From the NCBI GenBank assembly GCA_963823335.1, contig CAWGLD010000001.1, forward strand, positions 64,001-128,000: 64,000 bases of DNA, written 5' to 3'. Within the stretch, counting starts at the first letter, position 1. The number at the start of each line of letters is the position of its first letter. The notes under the pieces are model-generated. The model had not been told where the DNA came from. It worked only from the letters and a program-made list of their open reading frames with translations, and searched no databases. This DNA is from an uncultured delta proteobacterium. GTDB lineage: Bacteria; Desulfobacterota; Desulfobacteria; Desulfobacterales; B30-G6. Shown in pieces: positions 31,234 through 41,967 of this stretch. The position numbers and the translations under genes were made by a program.

Positions 31234-32106
31234 ATGAGGGTTTCAAAGATTGTAATTTTAATTTGTTCTATCTCTATTTCGTTATTCTTAATAGCTTGTG
31301 ACGGAGGAGGTGGATCAAGTAGTTCAACGGGCTCAGGGGTTGTAGCTATGTCTGTCACTGATGCCAAACCATTGTTACCAGAAAATGTGACCAATCTATT
31401 TGTTGAATTTTCTGGTGTGTGGGTTCATAAGCCAGGTGGGGGTTGGATTGAATTAGACTTGATTGAAGATCATTATTCTATTGATTTACTCCAATTTCAG
31501 GAAGGTTATACCACTGAACTAGTCCCACCTACAATTCTTCAATCCGGCAAATACACTCAAGTGCGGATTGAGGTAAGTAAGGCAACGATGAGATGCAAAA
31601 ATGAAGATGGATCTACAGAGGATAAGACACTTGAAATTCCAAGTGACAACTTGAAGACAGACAAAAATTTCACCATCGATTTAGGAGACGGGTCCGCTAT
31701 AGATCTCGTCATCCATTTTGACTTAAGCATGTCTGTCGTAGTATCGGGTACCGCACCAGATCTGACATATAAACTTAAACCGGTTCTACATCTCTTCGAT
31801 GATCCCATTAAGGCCGCTATCATTGAAGGAGAGATAGACAAATCCTCTTTTAATGATGCTGAAAACGAAGCAACTGTTGTTGTAGAAAGCAATGAAGGAA
31901 TATACACACAGGTCGTGATTTCACAATCATCTACAGAAGACCCAACAAAATACAGTATCTTTTGGATCGTCCCCAATCAAGAGTACACCGTGAAGATTGA
32001 TATAAACCAAAACGATACAATAGACTGCGAAAAAACTATAGGGTCTGGGGGAGATTTTTTTTCGCCTGGCCCCGGAGATGTTGTTGATATAGGAACTTGT
32101 TTTTAA
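31234..32106 (+). CDS. DUF4382-like lipoprotein
   Basis: lipobox LIAC, SVTDA, GKYTQVRI, YKLKPV. Confidence 0.75.
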   Translation: MRVSKIVILICSISISLFLIACDGGGGSSSSTGSGVVAMSVTDAKPLLPENVTNLFVEFSGVWVHKPGGGWIELDLIEDHYSIDLLQFQEGYTTELVPPTILQSGKYTQVRIEVSKATMRCKNEDGSTEDKTLEIPSDNLKTDKNFTIDLGDGSAIDLVIHFDLSMSVVVSGTAPDLTYKLKPVLHLFDDPIKAAIIEGEIDKSSFNDAENEATVVVESNEGIYTQVVISQSSTEDPTKYSIFWIVPNQEYTVKIDINQNDTIDCEKTIGSGGDFFSPGPGDVVDIGTCF

Positions 32107-32192
32107 CTAATGTGAAGTAATTTATAAAATTGGTTCATTATAATAAACAGGGTCACGATGGCTCTGCCTGTTCATTAAATTATTGTGGATCT

Positions 32193-32362
32193 CTCCAGCA
32201 AAAATAAGGTTATCAGACACCCTAAAAATTACCGGTGTGCGAAAATAATCACAACAGGCCAAAACTTGCATTGATAGACCCTGCCGTGATACCTTGGTGA
32301 TGACCAGATGGTATCTGAAAAATCCCCAACTTGTCGGATAGTTGGACTTGTCTCCATGTATC
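32193..32362. repeat. 170-bp repeat R2
   Basis: 170 bp; all anchors; right-arm type tatctga...ttgtcggata. Confidence 0.95.
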
Positions 32363-32366
32363 GGTA

Positions 32367-34443
32367 TTGCGACACGAAGTCGCGTATTTTAACTGTTCAG
32401 CGGAGGCATTTAGCCTTTGTCTGAACCCAGTGTCCCGTCGCTGCGATCCTATGGAAGCATGCGCTCAAGGTGCATCCTTGACGGGTATGAAGCCTTCCCG
32501 ACAATGCGCCGAAGTTCGCCTGTGCGAGCGGTGTGGAAACCGTGAGGTGGAAACGCTCCTGGAAGCTCCATCCGGGTGAGGTGTTAGGATAGGATACTAT
32601 GGTCAACGTAAGTAAACACTTGTAACTGCCGTGAATATGAACAAGCCAAAGGAGCTGTGAGGCTTGAACCAAAACGGTAAGTGGGTGGTTCGGATGGATT
32701 GCTGAACGTCCGACACGGGCAGTATTCCCACCGGCAGAGCAGAGTGGACCTAAGGTATTCGCTGTTGGATACGTGGAACGTGGTAACCTCATGCCTTCGC
32801 CTTCGGGCAGGCTAACCGTAAGGCATGCTGTGGGAGGTATGAGGAGAGAGGATGGAAGAAGCGAAGGCCATCCTGTAATGGGGTGGATACAGGTTGAGAG
32901 CCTTAGGCTCGATATTACCTAACCCGCGAGGGGGCTGACGTCCATCGGGTGCTTCGTTGCGAGATAGTTTGTAGAACTTCTAAAGGAGGAAAAGCAAATG
33001 AGGGCTGCTAAAAAGCAGATCCATGCGTCCTCCCGCCGTACTCTTAAGTGGACTTCCATAAACTGGAAGAAAGTTAAGAAGAAGGTGAAGGAGCTGCAGA
33101 TGCGTATCGCAAAGGCCGTTCGAGAAGGAAAGCTACGGCTGGTTAAATCTTTGCAGTGGCTTTTGACTCATTCGTTTTATGGTAAACTTTTTGCCATAAG
33201 ACGGGTTGTTACCAACAAAGGAAAAGCAACACCGGGATCCGATGGTGTTGTGTGGAACTCATCTAAAAAGAAGATGCAAGCTGTAAACCTGCTAAGCCGA
33301 AGAGGATATCGTCCTTTCCCCCTTCGGCGGGTTTATATACGGAAGAAAAACGGCAAACTCCGACCTTTAAGTATTCCCACCATGAGGGATAGAGCAATGC
33401 AGGCTCTATATGCACTTGCTCTGGTACCAGTAGCAGAGACAATCGGTGACCTAAATTCGTACGGGTTCAGAGATGGTCGATGTTGCGCCGATGCCATTAA
33501 GCAGTGCTACAATTGTCTGGCAAAGCGTCGTTCCTCGCGGTGGATTCTTGAGGCCGACATTCAAGCCTGCTTCGATAGAATCGATCACGAATGGATGCTC
33601 AACAATATCCTGACTGATAAAAAGATACTTAGAAGCTGGCTAAACGCCGGATACATAGACGAGGGTAAACTTTATCCAACCAAAGCGGGTACTCCACAGG
33701 GATCAGTTATCTCTCCTGTACTTGCCAATATGACCCTGGATGGACTGGAAGCGGCTATTAGAAATGCAGTTCCCAAGAACGCCAAGGTCAACATGATCCG
33801 GTATGCAGATGACTTTATCGTAACTGGAAAATCAGAAGAGATTCTCCAGGAAAAAGTCAAGCCTGCAATCCGCGCATTTCTCAGCCAAAGAGGTTTAAAT
33901 CTCTCAGGCGAGAAAACAAGGATCACCAGGATAGAGAATGGATTTGATTTTCTGGGCCAACATCTGAGAAAATTTGGGGATAAGTTTATTGTTACCCCAT
34001 CAAAGAACTCGGTGAAAGGCATTGTTTCCAAAACAAAGGAAGTCATCAAATCCCATCTTGGCAACGCAACAGCGGAGATGCTACGAGAGCTCAACCCAGT
34101 AATCCGGGGATGGGCCAACTATCACCGCCATGCATGCTCCAAGAAAGCCTTCAACTATGTTGATTCCCGCATCTTCAATAATCTCTGGATATGGGCTAAA
34201 AGAAGGCATCAGGATAAAAAGGCCCAGTGGATACGAAATCGTTATTTTCGAACCATTGGTAACCGGCAATGGTGTTTTTTTGCAACCAAAAAGGCAGAGG
34301 GAGGTGGGGTTGGCGTCATCGATTTGGTCTATATGGCCACGGTAAAAATAGTTCGTCATACGAAAATCCGTGGCAAGGCAAATCCTTACGACAATAGATG
34401 GCAGGGATATTTTTCCAAACCTTGTAGAATGAAGACTTATTAG
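32367..34443 (+). mobile_element. group II intron (CL-like), 3'-truncated
   Basis: 5' TTGCGACACG, about 630-nt structured leader, RT ORF; no domain V/VI motif after the stop. Confidence 0.8.
32998..34443 (+). CDS. ltrA: group II intron reverse transcriptase/maturase (no endonuclease domain)
   Basis: LQMRIAKA, RPLSIP, GTPQG, RYADDF, FDFLG, LNPVIRGWANY. Confidence 0.95.
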   Translation: MRAAKKQIHASSRRTLKWTSINWKKVKKKVKELQMRIAKAVREGKLRLVKSLQWLLTHSFYGKLFAIRRVVTNKGKATPGSDGVVWNSSKKKMQAVNLLSRRGYRPFPLRRVYIRKKNGKLRPLSIPTMRDRAMQALYALALVPVAETIGDLNSYGFRDGRCCADAIKQCYNCLAKRRSSRWILEADIQACFDRIDHEWMLNNILTDKKILRSWLNAGYIDEGKLYPTKAGTPQGSVISPVLANMTLDGLEAAIRNAVPKNAKVNMIRYADDFIVTGKSEEILQEKVKPAIRAFLSQRGLNLSGEKTRITRIENGFDFLGQHLRKFGDKFIVTPSKNSVKGIVSKTKEVIKSHLGNATAEMLRELNPVIRGWANYHRHACSKKAFNYVDSRIFNNLWIWAKRRHQDKKAQWIRNRYFRTIGNRQWCFFATKKAEGGGVGVIDLVYMATVKIVRHTKIRGKANPYDNRWQGYFSKPCRMKTY

Positions 34444-34480
34444 CGAAATCTTCAGTTCGATAAAATTTTACAAACACAAC

Positions 34481-34972
34481 ATGTTGGGTATAATTAATAT
34501 GCGAACCTTTGGATTAGCATCTATTTCCGATCTAAAAGGGTTGGTTAAAGTAGCAAAATCTGCATTCATAGATGATGAAAGATTCAAACCCCGTGAGGCA
34601 ACCGCAGGCGGTCCACCCGGACATGATCAAATAGAACGACATCGAGAATGGCTCGACTCATTGCTATACTATAAATGTGAAGAACACGGATCTATTGTAG
34701 GAACATGTACGGTAGAGATAAATGGTGATGAAGCAAAGATACATGGTATTCATGTGGTTTCTGAATCAATGGATCAAGGCATTGGCTCATATATGTTGCG
34801 TGAGATACAGACCGGGATGCCACATATAACTAAATGGACGTTAATTACGCCAGATTACGCTATACGCAACCAGCATTTTTATGAAATAAATGGGTTTACG
34901 TTGAAGCAAAGAGGTGATGTAGAACCAGATCTCGGGTTCGGCTTTTATACATATGAAAAAAATGTCCTATAA
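34481..34972 (+). CDS. GNAT acetyltransferase
   Basis: QGIGS, RNQHFYEINGF. Confidence 0.85.
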   Translation: MLGIINMRTFGLASISDLKGLVKVAKSAFIDDERFKPREATAGGPPGHDQIERHREWLDSLLYYKCEEHGSIVGTCTVEINGDEAKIHGIHVVSESMDQGIGSYMLREIQTGMPHITKWTLITPDYAIRNQHFYEINGFTLKQRGDVEPDLGFGFYTYEKNVL

Positions 34973-35064
34973 CAGCATTCCCCTTGATCCTATAAGCTTG
35001 GAGTGTTTTATACAGAGAAATTGAAGATTACTGGCATAAGTCTCCAACTGGCCATTGCCGATTT

Positions 35065-35234
35065 CTCCAACAAAACGGTAGATATCAGGCACGCCAAAAA
35101 TTACCGGTGTGCGAAAATAATCACAACAGCTCAAATCTTGCATTCATAAACCCCCTCGTGGTACCGTGGGGATGACCGAATGGTATCGGTAATATTGCCG
35201 TTGAACTTGATAACTGGACTTATCTCCATCTATC
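35065..35234. repeat. 170-bp repeat R3
   Basis: 170 bp; all anchors. Confidence 0.95.
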
Positions 35235-35281
35235 TGTACTTGGATGATATTTGGATTTTCACAGGGGATAAAGGTGGAATA

Positions 35282-36130
35282 ATGGGTTTTCATAGAAAGA
35301 CATTGGTCGATGGACTTATATTTGGCGAAGGCCCGCGTTGGCATGATGATCGCCTATGGTTTTCTGATATGCAGGCAGGCTTAGTTATGGCCACAGATAT
35401 TGATGGAAATTGTGAAAAAATTGTTGATGTGCCAGGGAGCCCATCGGGTCTCGGATGGCTACCAGACGGCCGGCTATTGGTTGTGTCTATGATCGATCGG
35501 CGTTTGCTCAGGATGGAAGGCGAACGGCTCATTGAACATGCTGACCTGAGTAATATTGCCACCTGGCATTGCAACGATATGGTTGTAGATGGCAAGGGAA
35601 ACGCCTATATTGGTAATTTTGGTTTCGATTTAGAGGTTAATGATATCAAGCCTGTTGAAGCCACAATGGCCATGGTAACCCCTGAGGGTGAAGTTACGCC
35701 TGCTGCTGATGGGCTACTGTTTCCAAATGGAACAGTTATTACCTCAGATGCCAGAACTCTAATTGTTGCTGAAACATATGGAGCAAGGCTCACAGCTTTT
35801 GATATTCAATCAGATGGTACTCTGACGAATCGTCGTCTGTTCGCTGATGTCTCTCCACACTTCCCTGATGGGATATGCCTCGACACTGAAGGTGCAATAT
35901 GGGTTGCTGATCCAGTTGGTGGTGAATGCATTCGTGTACTCGAGGGGGGTGAAATTACCCATAGAATTGATACAGGGCGCGGATGCTTTGCCTGCATGCT
36001 TGGGGGGGCGAATCGGAATACACTTTTTATGATGACTGCCGGTGATTTTAGAACAGATACCGTTGTACGGGCCCAAAATGGTAAGGTTGAATATGTTGAA
36101 GTTGATGTACCAGGTGCTGGTTGGCCGTAA
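35282..36130 (+). CDS. SMP-30/gluconolactonase family protein
   Basis: FGEGPRW, NDMVVD, FPNG, PDGICLD. Confidence 0.92.
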   Translation: MGFHRKTLVDGLIFGEGPRWHDDRLWFSDMQAGLVMATDIDGNCEKIVDVPGSPSGLGWLPDGRLLVVSMIDRRLLRMEGERLIEHADLSNIATWHCNDMVVDGKGNAYIGNFGFDLEVNDIKPVEATMAMVTPEGEVTPAADGLLFPNGTVITSDARTLIVAETYGARLTAFDIQSDGTLTNRRLFADVSPHFPDGICLDTEGAIWVADPVGGECIRVLEGGEITHRIDTGRGCFACMLGGANRNTLFMMTAGDFRTDTVVRAQNGKVEYVEVDVPGAGWP

Positions 36131-36226
36131 TATAACATAAACGGATTCCACGGATACTGAAAAAATGGAATTTGGTATACAGAACTATACATTGAAGTGA
36201 ATATTTTGGATTTTGGCCGTGGATGT

Positions 36227-36396
36227 CGCCAACAAAAACAAGGTTATCAGACCCCTTAAATATTACCGGTGTGCGAAAATAATCACAACCGACCGAATCT
36301 TGAATTAATAGTAGTTCTCATGGTACCGTGGAGATGACCGAATGGTATCGGTAATATTGCCGTTGAACTTGATAACTGGACTTATCTCCATCAATC
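36227..36396. repeat. 170-bp repeat R4
   Basis: 170 bp; all anchors. Confidence 0.95.
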
Positions 36397-36553
36397 ACAA
36401 CTTTGATGAATGTTGTGATAGCCATCTCAGAATAATACTATTGGTTGATTCTTTCTTTTCGGTTTGAATCTCGTAAGGTATTTTTTTTGCAAAAGAACTT
36501 TTTCAGTGCGAAGGAAGCAGAACTTCATACTTTTAATAAAGAAAGGAGGAATC

Positions 36554-37009
36554 ATGAGAATATTTGTTAAGATTGGGATAGTGTTTCTGGTCTTGGCCTT
36601 AAGTTTCGGTATCGCCTTGGCCCAATTTGCCAAAACTGAAGATGCCATTGAATACCGGAAGTCCGTAATGCAGGTAATCAAGAAACATTTTGGTAGCATG
36701 GCCAGTGTTGTTAAAGGCGAAACACCTTATGATCAGGCTGCATTCCTTGAAGACGCAAAGGTCGTGGCAATGTTGTCGAAACTGCCATGGGAGGCTTCTA
36801 TGGTTCCCGGTTCAAATGAGGGTCAAACAACATTAAACGAAAAAGCGTTGAAGGATAAAGAGGGATTTATGGCTGTTGCAAAACGGTTCCAAAACCATAG
36901 CAGTGAACTAGCTGCGGCAGCAGAAAGTGGTGATATGGGAAAAATAAAGAAGCAGTTCGGAGCCACCGCTCAAACATGTGGCAGTTGCCATAAGCCCTAC
37001 CGAAAATAA
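36554..37009 (+). CDS. cytochrome c' / c556
   Basis: AGGAGG RBS, signal peptide, AIEYRKSVM, C-terminal CGSCH. Confidence 0.92.
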   Translation: MRIFVKIGIVFLVLALSFGIALAQFAKTEDAIEYRKSVMQVIKKHFGSMASVVKGETPYDQAAFLEDAKVVAMLSKLPWEASMVPGSNEGQTTLNEKALKDKEGFMAVAKRFQNHSSELAAAAESGDMGKIKKQFGATAQTCGSCHKPYRK

Positions 37010-37019
37010 GTGCCCGGAT

Positions 37020-37623
37020 TCAGTTTATTATCAAATAGACAACTACAAGGGAAATTCCGAATATTATAGTGGCAGTCCAATGATTGCCGCCAGGTGGTGG
37101 TGCATCGCCAGGCCACATCTTGATACCCGTGAACATGGGTTTAATCAGGTTTTCATGTTTGACAACCAGGTAAAATATGATGGCTGTCAAATGAACAGCT
37201 ATAAGGCATCCGATCACAATAGCGTTGATGTTGTGGATGCGGGTAAGTGCGCTGCTGACGGAATTGCTCACCAAAGGGTAAAGCGGTCCTTCAGTGAATA
37301 TGTCATCGCTGGCAAATAGCCCAGTCATTGCTTGTAGCAACAGGGTGAGGAGCATAGCAACGACTGACCACCCCCCGAGGGGATTATGTCCTAGATAATG
37401 AGGCACATCCTTTTTAATAAGGCCGATTGCGTATTGTAATACAATTGATGGTCCACGAACAAAATTGACAAATCGAGAATGGTATCCACCCAAGACACCC
37501 CAAACAAAGCGAAAAAACAAAAAGATTAGCACTAAATATCCGCTATACATGTGGTAGGTCATTAAATTGCCACCGATTTTAGCGGTCACAACGCAGTTGA
37601 TTACCAAAACTGCTAGCACCCAA
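37020..37623 (-). pseudogene. cytochrome b (Ni-hydrogenase b-type), N-terminus removed by IS256
   Basis: GHNPLGG, ENLIKPMFTG; frame starts at W-V-L-A right at the IS end, first heme His missing. Confidence 0.8.
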
Positions 37624-38948
37624 GAGGGTGTTCAAAATTTTGTGTCAGTCTAACTGAAAGCTGATATATACAGCCCAAAGGAGACTGACATGCCAAAAGA
37701 TAATGCAGATTTTGATTTCCAGAAAGCCCTCAAAGCCATCCAATCAGGCAAGCCCCTTACTGGCAAAGACGGGGTGCTCACCCCATTAATCAAGAACCTA
37801 ACCGAAGCTGCACTCGAAGGGGAGTTAGACTCCCATCTTGGACAGGAGATAGCGGCCAATCGAAGAAACGGTAAGAGCAAAAAGACCATCAAGACCCTGA
37901 ACGGCTCCTTCGAACTGAACACTCCCCGTGAGCGCAACGGCACTTTTTCACCCCAGCTGATTAAAAAGCATCAGACGACCATCAGCGATGAGATCGAAGA
38001 AAAAATCATTGCCATGTACGGCCTGGGCATGAGCTATAAAGACATATCTTTTCATCTTGAGGATATCTATGGCATTTCTGTCTCTAAGGGCACTCTGACT
38101 GCGATTACAGATAAAATCATTCACACCGTGAAAGAGTGGCAAGCCCGGCCGCTTGAAACGATATATCCCATTGTCTGGCTTGATGCCATACACTACAAAA
38201 TCCGTGAAGATGGCAAGGTCCTCAGTAAGGCTGTTTACACGATCCTCGGGGTCAATATTGAAGGCCGCAAGGAGGTCCTTGGCCTGTATATCTCAGAGAA
38301 CGAAGGGGCCAACTTCTGGCTGCAGGTGCTGACCGATCTCTCTAACCGTGGCGTTGCCGATATCCTGATCGCCTGTATTGATGGGCTAAAAGGCTTTCCA
38401 GAAGCCATCGAGACAATCTTCCCCAAAACGGAAGTGCAACTTTGTGTGGTGCATCAAATTCGGAATTCCTTAAAATACGTTGGCTCCAAAAACCAGAAGG
38501 AATTCATGGTCGATCTCAAGCGCGTCTACAAAGCAGCCAACAAGGATTTAGCCGAATCCGAATTGGACAAGCTCGAAGCCAAGTGGAACGACAAGTATCC
38601 GATTGTCATTAAGTCCTGGCGCAACAACTGGGAGCGTCTGAGTCAATTCTTCAAATACCCGGAGGATATCCGCAGGATCATTTACACAACGAACACCATT
38701 GAGGCGGTTCACCGTCAATTCCGTAAGCTGACCAAGACTAAAGGCGCTTTTCCGAACCAGGACAGTTTGTTGAAATTACTGTATATGGGCATCCAGAATG
38801 CCAGTAAAAAATGGACCATGCCGGTTCAGAACTGGTCATTAACTATCTCTCAGTTGGCTATATTTTTTGAGGGCAGACTGGATAAAGAATTAAAGCTCTG
38901 ATATGATTAATTACAATTTAAAACTGACACAGAATTCTGAACATACCC
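37624..38948 (+). mobile_element. IS256-family insertion sequence
   Basis: 26-bp imperfect terminal IRs (gagggtgttcaaaattttgtgtcagt / actgacacagaattctgaacataccc); no target duplication. Confidence 0.92.
37690..38901 (+). CDS. IS256 transposase
   Basis: NRRNG, WLDA, DGLKGF, QLCVVHQIRN, YTTNTIE. Confidence 0.97.
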   Translation: MPKDNADFDFQKALKAIQSGKPLTGKDGVLTPLIKNLTEAALEGELDSHLGQEIAANRRNGKSKKTIKTLNGSFELNTPRERNGTFSPQLIKKHQTTISDEIEEKIIAMYGLGMSYKDISFHLEDIYGISVSKGTLTAITDKIIHTVKEWQARPLETIYPIVWLDAIHYKIREDGKVLSKAVYTILGVNIEGRKEVLGLYISENEGANFWLQVLTDLSNRGVADILIACIDGLKGFPEAIETIFPKTEVQLCVVHQIRNSLKYVGSKNQKEFMVDLKRVYKAANKDLAESELDKLEAKWNDKYPIVIKSWRNNWERLSQFFKYPEDIRRIIYTTNTIEAVHRQFRKLTKTKGAFPNQDSLLKLLYMGIQNASKKWTMPVQNWSLTISQLAIFFEGRLDKELKL

Positions 38949-38953
38949 GATTT

Positions 38954-39123
38954 CTCCAACAAAAAGGTAAATATCAGCTCTCTGAAATTGTACCGGTGTG
39001 CGAAAATAATCACAACCGACCGAACCTTGCGTTGGCGTACCTTTCCGTGATACCTTGGCGATGACCATATGGTATCGGTGATATTCCCGTTGAACTTGAT
39101 AACTGGACTTATCTCCATGTATC
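38954..39123. repeat. 170-bp repeat R5
   Basis: 170 bp; begins 5 bp after the IS256 end. Confidence 0.95.
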
Positions 39124-39189
39124 AAAGGCGTGAGCACTATTAGATTTCCCCCAGAATATCTTTTCCAAAAGGTTCAAAATGACCATTTC

Positions 39190-39218
39190 TTGACCCATCC
39201 TTTTAATTCATGTATATA
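39190..39218 (+). promoter_or_regulatory. sigma70-type promoter
   Basis: TTGACC-17 bp-TATATA; same arrangement at 50495-50523. Confidence 0.6.
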
Positions 39219-39356
39219 TCGCATATCGCATCTAAATCACACCTGATCTGAAGCCGAATTTAAACTTGAACCTGAGTTGAGCTCATTCTCGATCTGTTCT
39301 CACCTTTTCCAAGACATATCATCTTCTTCAAACCTCAAAACCAGAAGGTGATCCAC

Positions 39357-41123
39357 ATGCCCACAGAAAAAAGAGCCACACGCAAACTCAGAGCCATTCT
39401 TTCTGCTGATGTTAAAGGCTACAGCATCCTTATAGCGGATGATGAGACCTTCACAATCAAAACTATTAAAGAATATCGAAGCATAATATCCAACTGCATC
39501 GAGCAATATGCCGGTCGGGTTGTGGATAGTCCCGGTGATAACATACTGGCGGAGTTTGCAAGTGCGGTTGATGCTGTACAGTGTGCAGTGGAAATTCAAA
39601 AACAATTGAAGAAAGAAAATGACCGGCTTGTAGAGAACAAAAGGCTGGAGTTCAGAATTGGTGTGAACATCGGTGATGTTGTGCAGGATGAGAATCGTAT
39701 CTATGGTAATGGTGTTAACATTGCCTCAAGGATTGAGGGTTTGGCAGATCCTGCTGGCATCTGTGTATCTCGCAGTGCATACGATCAGATAAAAAATAAA
39801 ATGGGTTTCAGTTTTGAATATATGGGGGAACACTCTGTTAAAAATATATCTGAACCAGTAAGAGTTTATAAAGTTCTAATGCATTCTAATTCACCATCAC
39901 CTTTGGTTGAAGAGACGCTGAAGCTGCCGGACAAACCATCCATTGCAGTCTTGCCATTTGTAAACATGAGTGGAGATCCTGAGCAGGAGTATTTTTCTGA
40001 TGGAATAACAGAAGACCTCACAACTGTTCTGTCACGGAATTCGTTGATGTTTGTGATAGCACGGAACTCCAGCTTCGCCTACAAAGGAAAGGCAGTCGAT
40101 GTAAAAAAAATTAGCAAAGAACTTGGGGTTCATTATGTATTGGAAGGAAGCGTACGAAAGGCAGGAACAAGAATCCGTGTAACAGCACAGCTTATTAATG
40201 GGATTAATGGAAAGCATGTATGGGCAGAGAAATATGATGGTGAGCTTCAAGACATTTTCGATTTGCAGGATCAAATAACACAAAAGATTGTTGCTTCAAC
40301 CCAAACCCAAGTAGCATTAAGTCTTGGAGAAGTCAGAACAGCTGCAAGACATGAAAACTTAGATACTTGGGATATTACCGCAAAAGCTTTAAAATATAGT
40401 TATGATCTAACTGAAGACAGTCTTAGAAAGGCTGAAAAACTCTTACGATCAGCCATAAAGTCAAATCCAAAATCTGATTCTGCTTATGCTTTGCTTGCAA
40501 GTGTTTTATTTCATCTATTATTGATGGGGTATGAACAGGAGAACGTTAGTGAAATTTTAAATGAATCTTTTCAATACTCAGCAAAAGCAATATCAATTAA
40601 TGAATCTAATGAAATTGGGCATTGGATTAACGGAAACCTTCAGCTATTTTCCAGAAGAAATCATGATTATGCGCTTGCGGAGTATGATCGTCTGATAGAA
40701 ATAAATCCTAATAATTCGTTAGCATATGGCTCTCTCGGCGCTGCCCTAACATTTTCCCGAAAATATGATCAAGCAATAAAAAATATTGAATTAGCAATAA
40801 GAATTAATCCTATGGACCCAAGCATATTTTTTCGATTCTCTGAAATAGCATTGGCTTATCTTCTTAAAGGAAAATATAACGATGCAATTGATTGGTCAAC
40901 CAAGTGTATCCATAAAAGATCCAGTTGGATAGCTGGTCATTTTGTTTTAATAGCATCTCTTGTAAATCTTAATCGTCTCGATGAAGCAAAACAAGCAACC
41001 AAGGAGTTGTTGAATACCAACCCAACTGCAAGAGCATCTGATATTTCAATGTATCCGTTTAAATACGCTGAAGATGTGATAAAGTTACAAAAAGCTCTCT
41101 GTAAAGCAGGTCTACCTGAATAA
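39357..41123 (+). CDS. class III adenylate/guanylate cyclase with TolB-like and TPR domains
   Basis: AILSADVKGYS, GD, FRIGVNIGDV, GVNIASRIE, SIAVLPF, TPR repeats. Confidence 0.93.
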   Translation: MPTEKRATRKLRAILSADVKGYSILIADDETFTIKTIKEYRSIISNCIEQYAGRVVDSPGDNILAEFASAVDAVQCAVEIQKQLKKENDRLVENKRLEFRIGVNIGDVVQDENRIYGNGVNIASRIEGLADPAGICVSRSAYDQIKNKMGFSFEYMGEHSVKNISEPVRVYKVLMHSNSPSPLVEETLKLPDKPSIAVLPFVNMSGDPEQEYFSDGITEDLTTVLSRNSLMFVIARNSSFAYKGKAVDVKKISKELGVHYVLEGSVRKAGTRIRVTAQLINGINGKHVWAEKYDGELQDIFDLQDQITQKIVASTQTQVALSLGEVRTAARHENLDTWDITAKALKYSYDLTEDSLRKAEKLLRSAIKSNPKSDSAYALLASVLFHLLLMGYEQENVSEILNESFQYSAKAISINESNEIGHWINGNLQLFSRRNHDYALAEYDRLIEINPNNSLAYGSLGAALTFSRKYDQAIKNIELAIRINPMDPSIFFRFSEIALAYLLKGKYNDAIDWSTKCIHKRSSWIAGHFVLIASLVNLNRLDEAKQATKELLNTNPTARASDISMYPFKYAEDVIKLQKALCKAGLPE

Positions 41124-41176
41124 AGGATATCTGTTGTATATCTCATATCTTTCAGATATTCAAAATAGTGTAGTAT

Positions 41177-41346
41177 CTCCAACAAAAACAAGGTTATCAG
41201 ACCCCTGAAAATTTACCGGTGTGCGAAAACAATCACAACAGACGGAATCTTGCATTGGTAAGGTCTCCCATGGTACCGTGGGCATGACCGTATGGTATCG
41301 GCAATAATTTCGTTGAATTTGATAACTGGACTTGTCTCCATGTATC
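41177..41346. repeat. 170-bp repeat R6
   Basis: 170 bp; all anchors. Confidence 0.95.
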
Positions 41347-41559
41347 TGCAATTGAATGATAGTCGGTTTTATGCTTGACTGAACATAATTCCTCCTCTAT
41401 ATTCGATTAATCTATACTAAAACTTCACTTCCTCTGAATCTGAATATCCAATTCTAACTCTACACTTCATCTGAAGCTGCCCTGTCAAAGCTGTAAGCTT
41501 TTCTTTCTTCACTTCGATCATTGATAAAACCTAATATTAATCTGAAAGGAGGACATGAA

Positions 41560-41967
41560 ATGCGAAAACTCACAGCTATCATCCTTGTACTTGGAGTTAT
41601 TTTGTTTCTTCAAAGTTGTGCCATGTCTGAGAAAAAATTACCGGAACCAGAAGGTGTATTGCTTGGTCAGGGTGAATTGGAACAGCTCTTTAGCAAAAAT
41701 ATAGGTTTTGATGGCCGGTATAATAAAATGTCTTACGCCAATTTTAGAACGCAAATACAACCTGATGGAAAACAAATTACGACTTGGTTTAATAAAGATG
41801 GCGAACAAGGTGAATCAATGAATGGAATGTATACGATTAAAAATGGACAAAAATGTGATAATTATATTGGTGAAGAGAAATGCTGGAAATATTATAAAAT
41901 TGATCAAGAGAAATATTATATTGAAACCAATGACGGTTCTGAATTTCGTTATTTATCGCGTTTTTAA
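41560..41967 (+). CDS. hypothetical lipoprotein
   Basis: AGGAGG RBS, lipobox LQSC. Confidence 0.75.
   Translation: MRKLTAIILVLGVILFLQSCAMSEKKLPEPEGVLLGQGELEQLFSKNIGFDGRYNKMSYANFRTQIQPDGKQITTWFNKDGEQGESMNGMYTIKNGQKCDNYIGEEKCWKYYKIDQEKYYIETNDGSEFRYLSRF

Noticed and set aside
32998-34443. RT as retron, DGR or CRISPR-associated RT
   Set aside because: Has group II intron N-terminal, RT and maturase X motifs plus an intron 5' leader; no TR/VR pair or cas1 seen.
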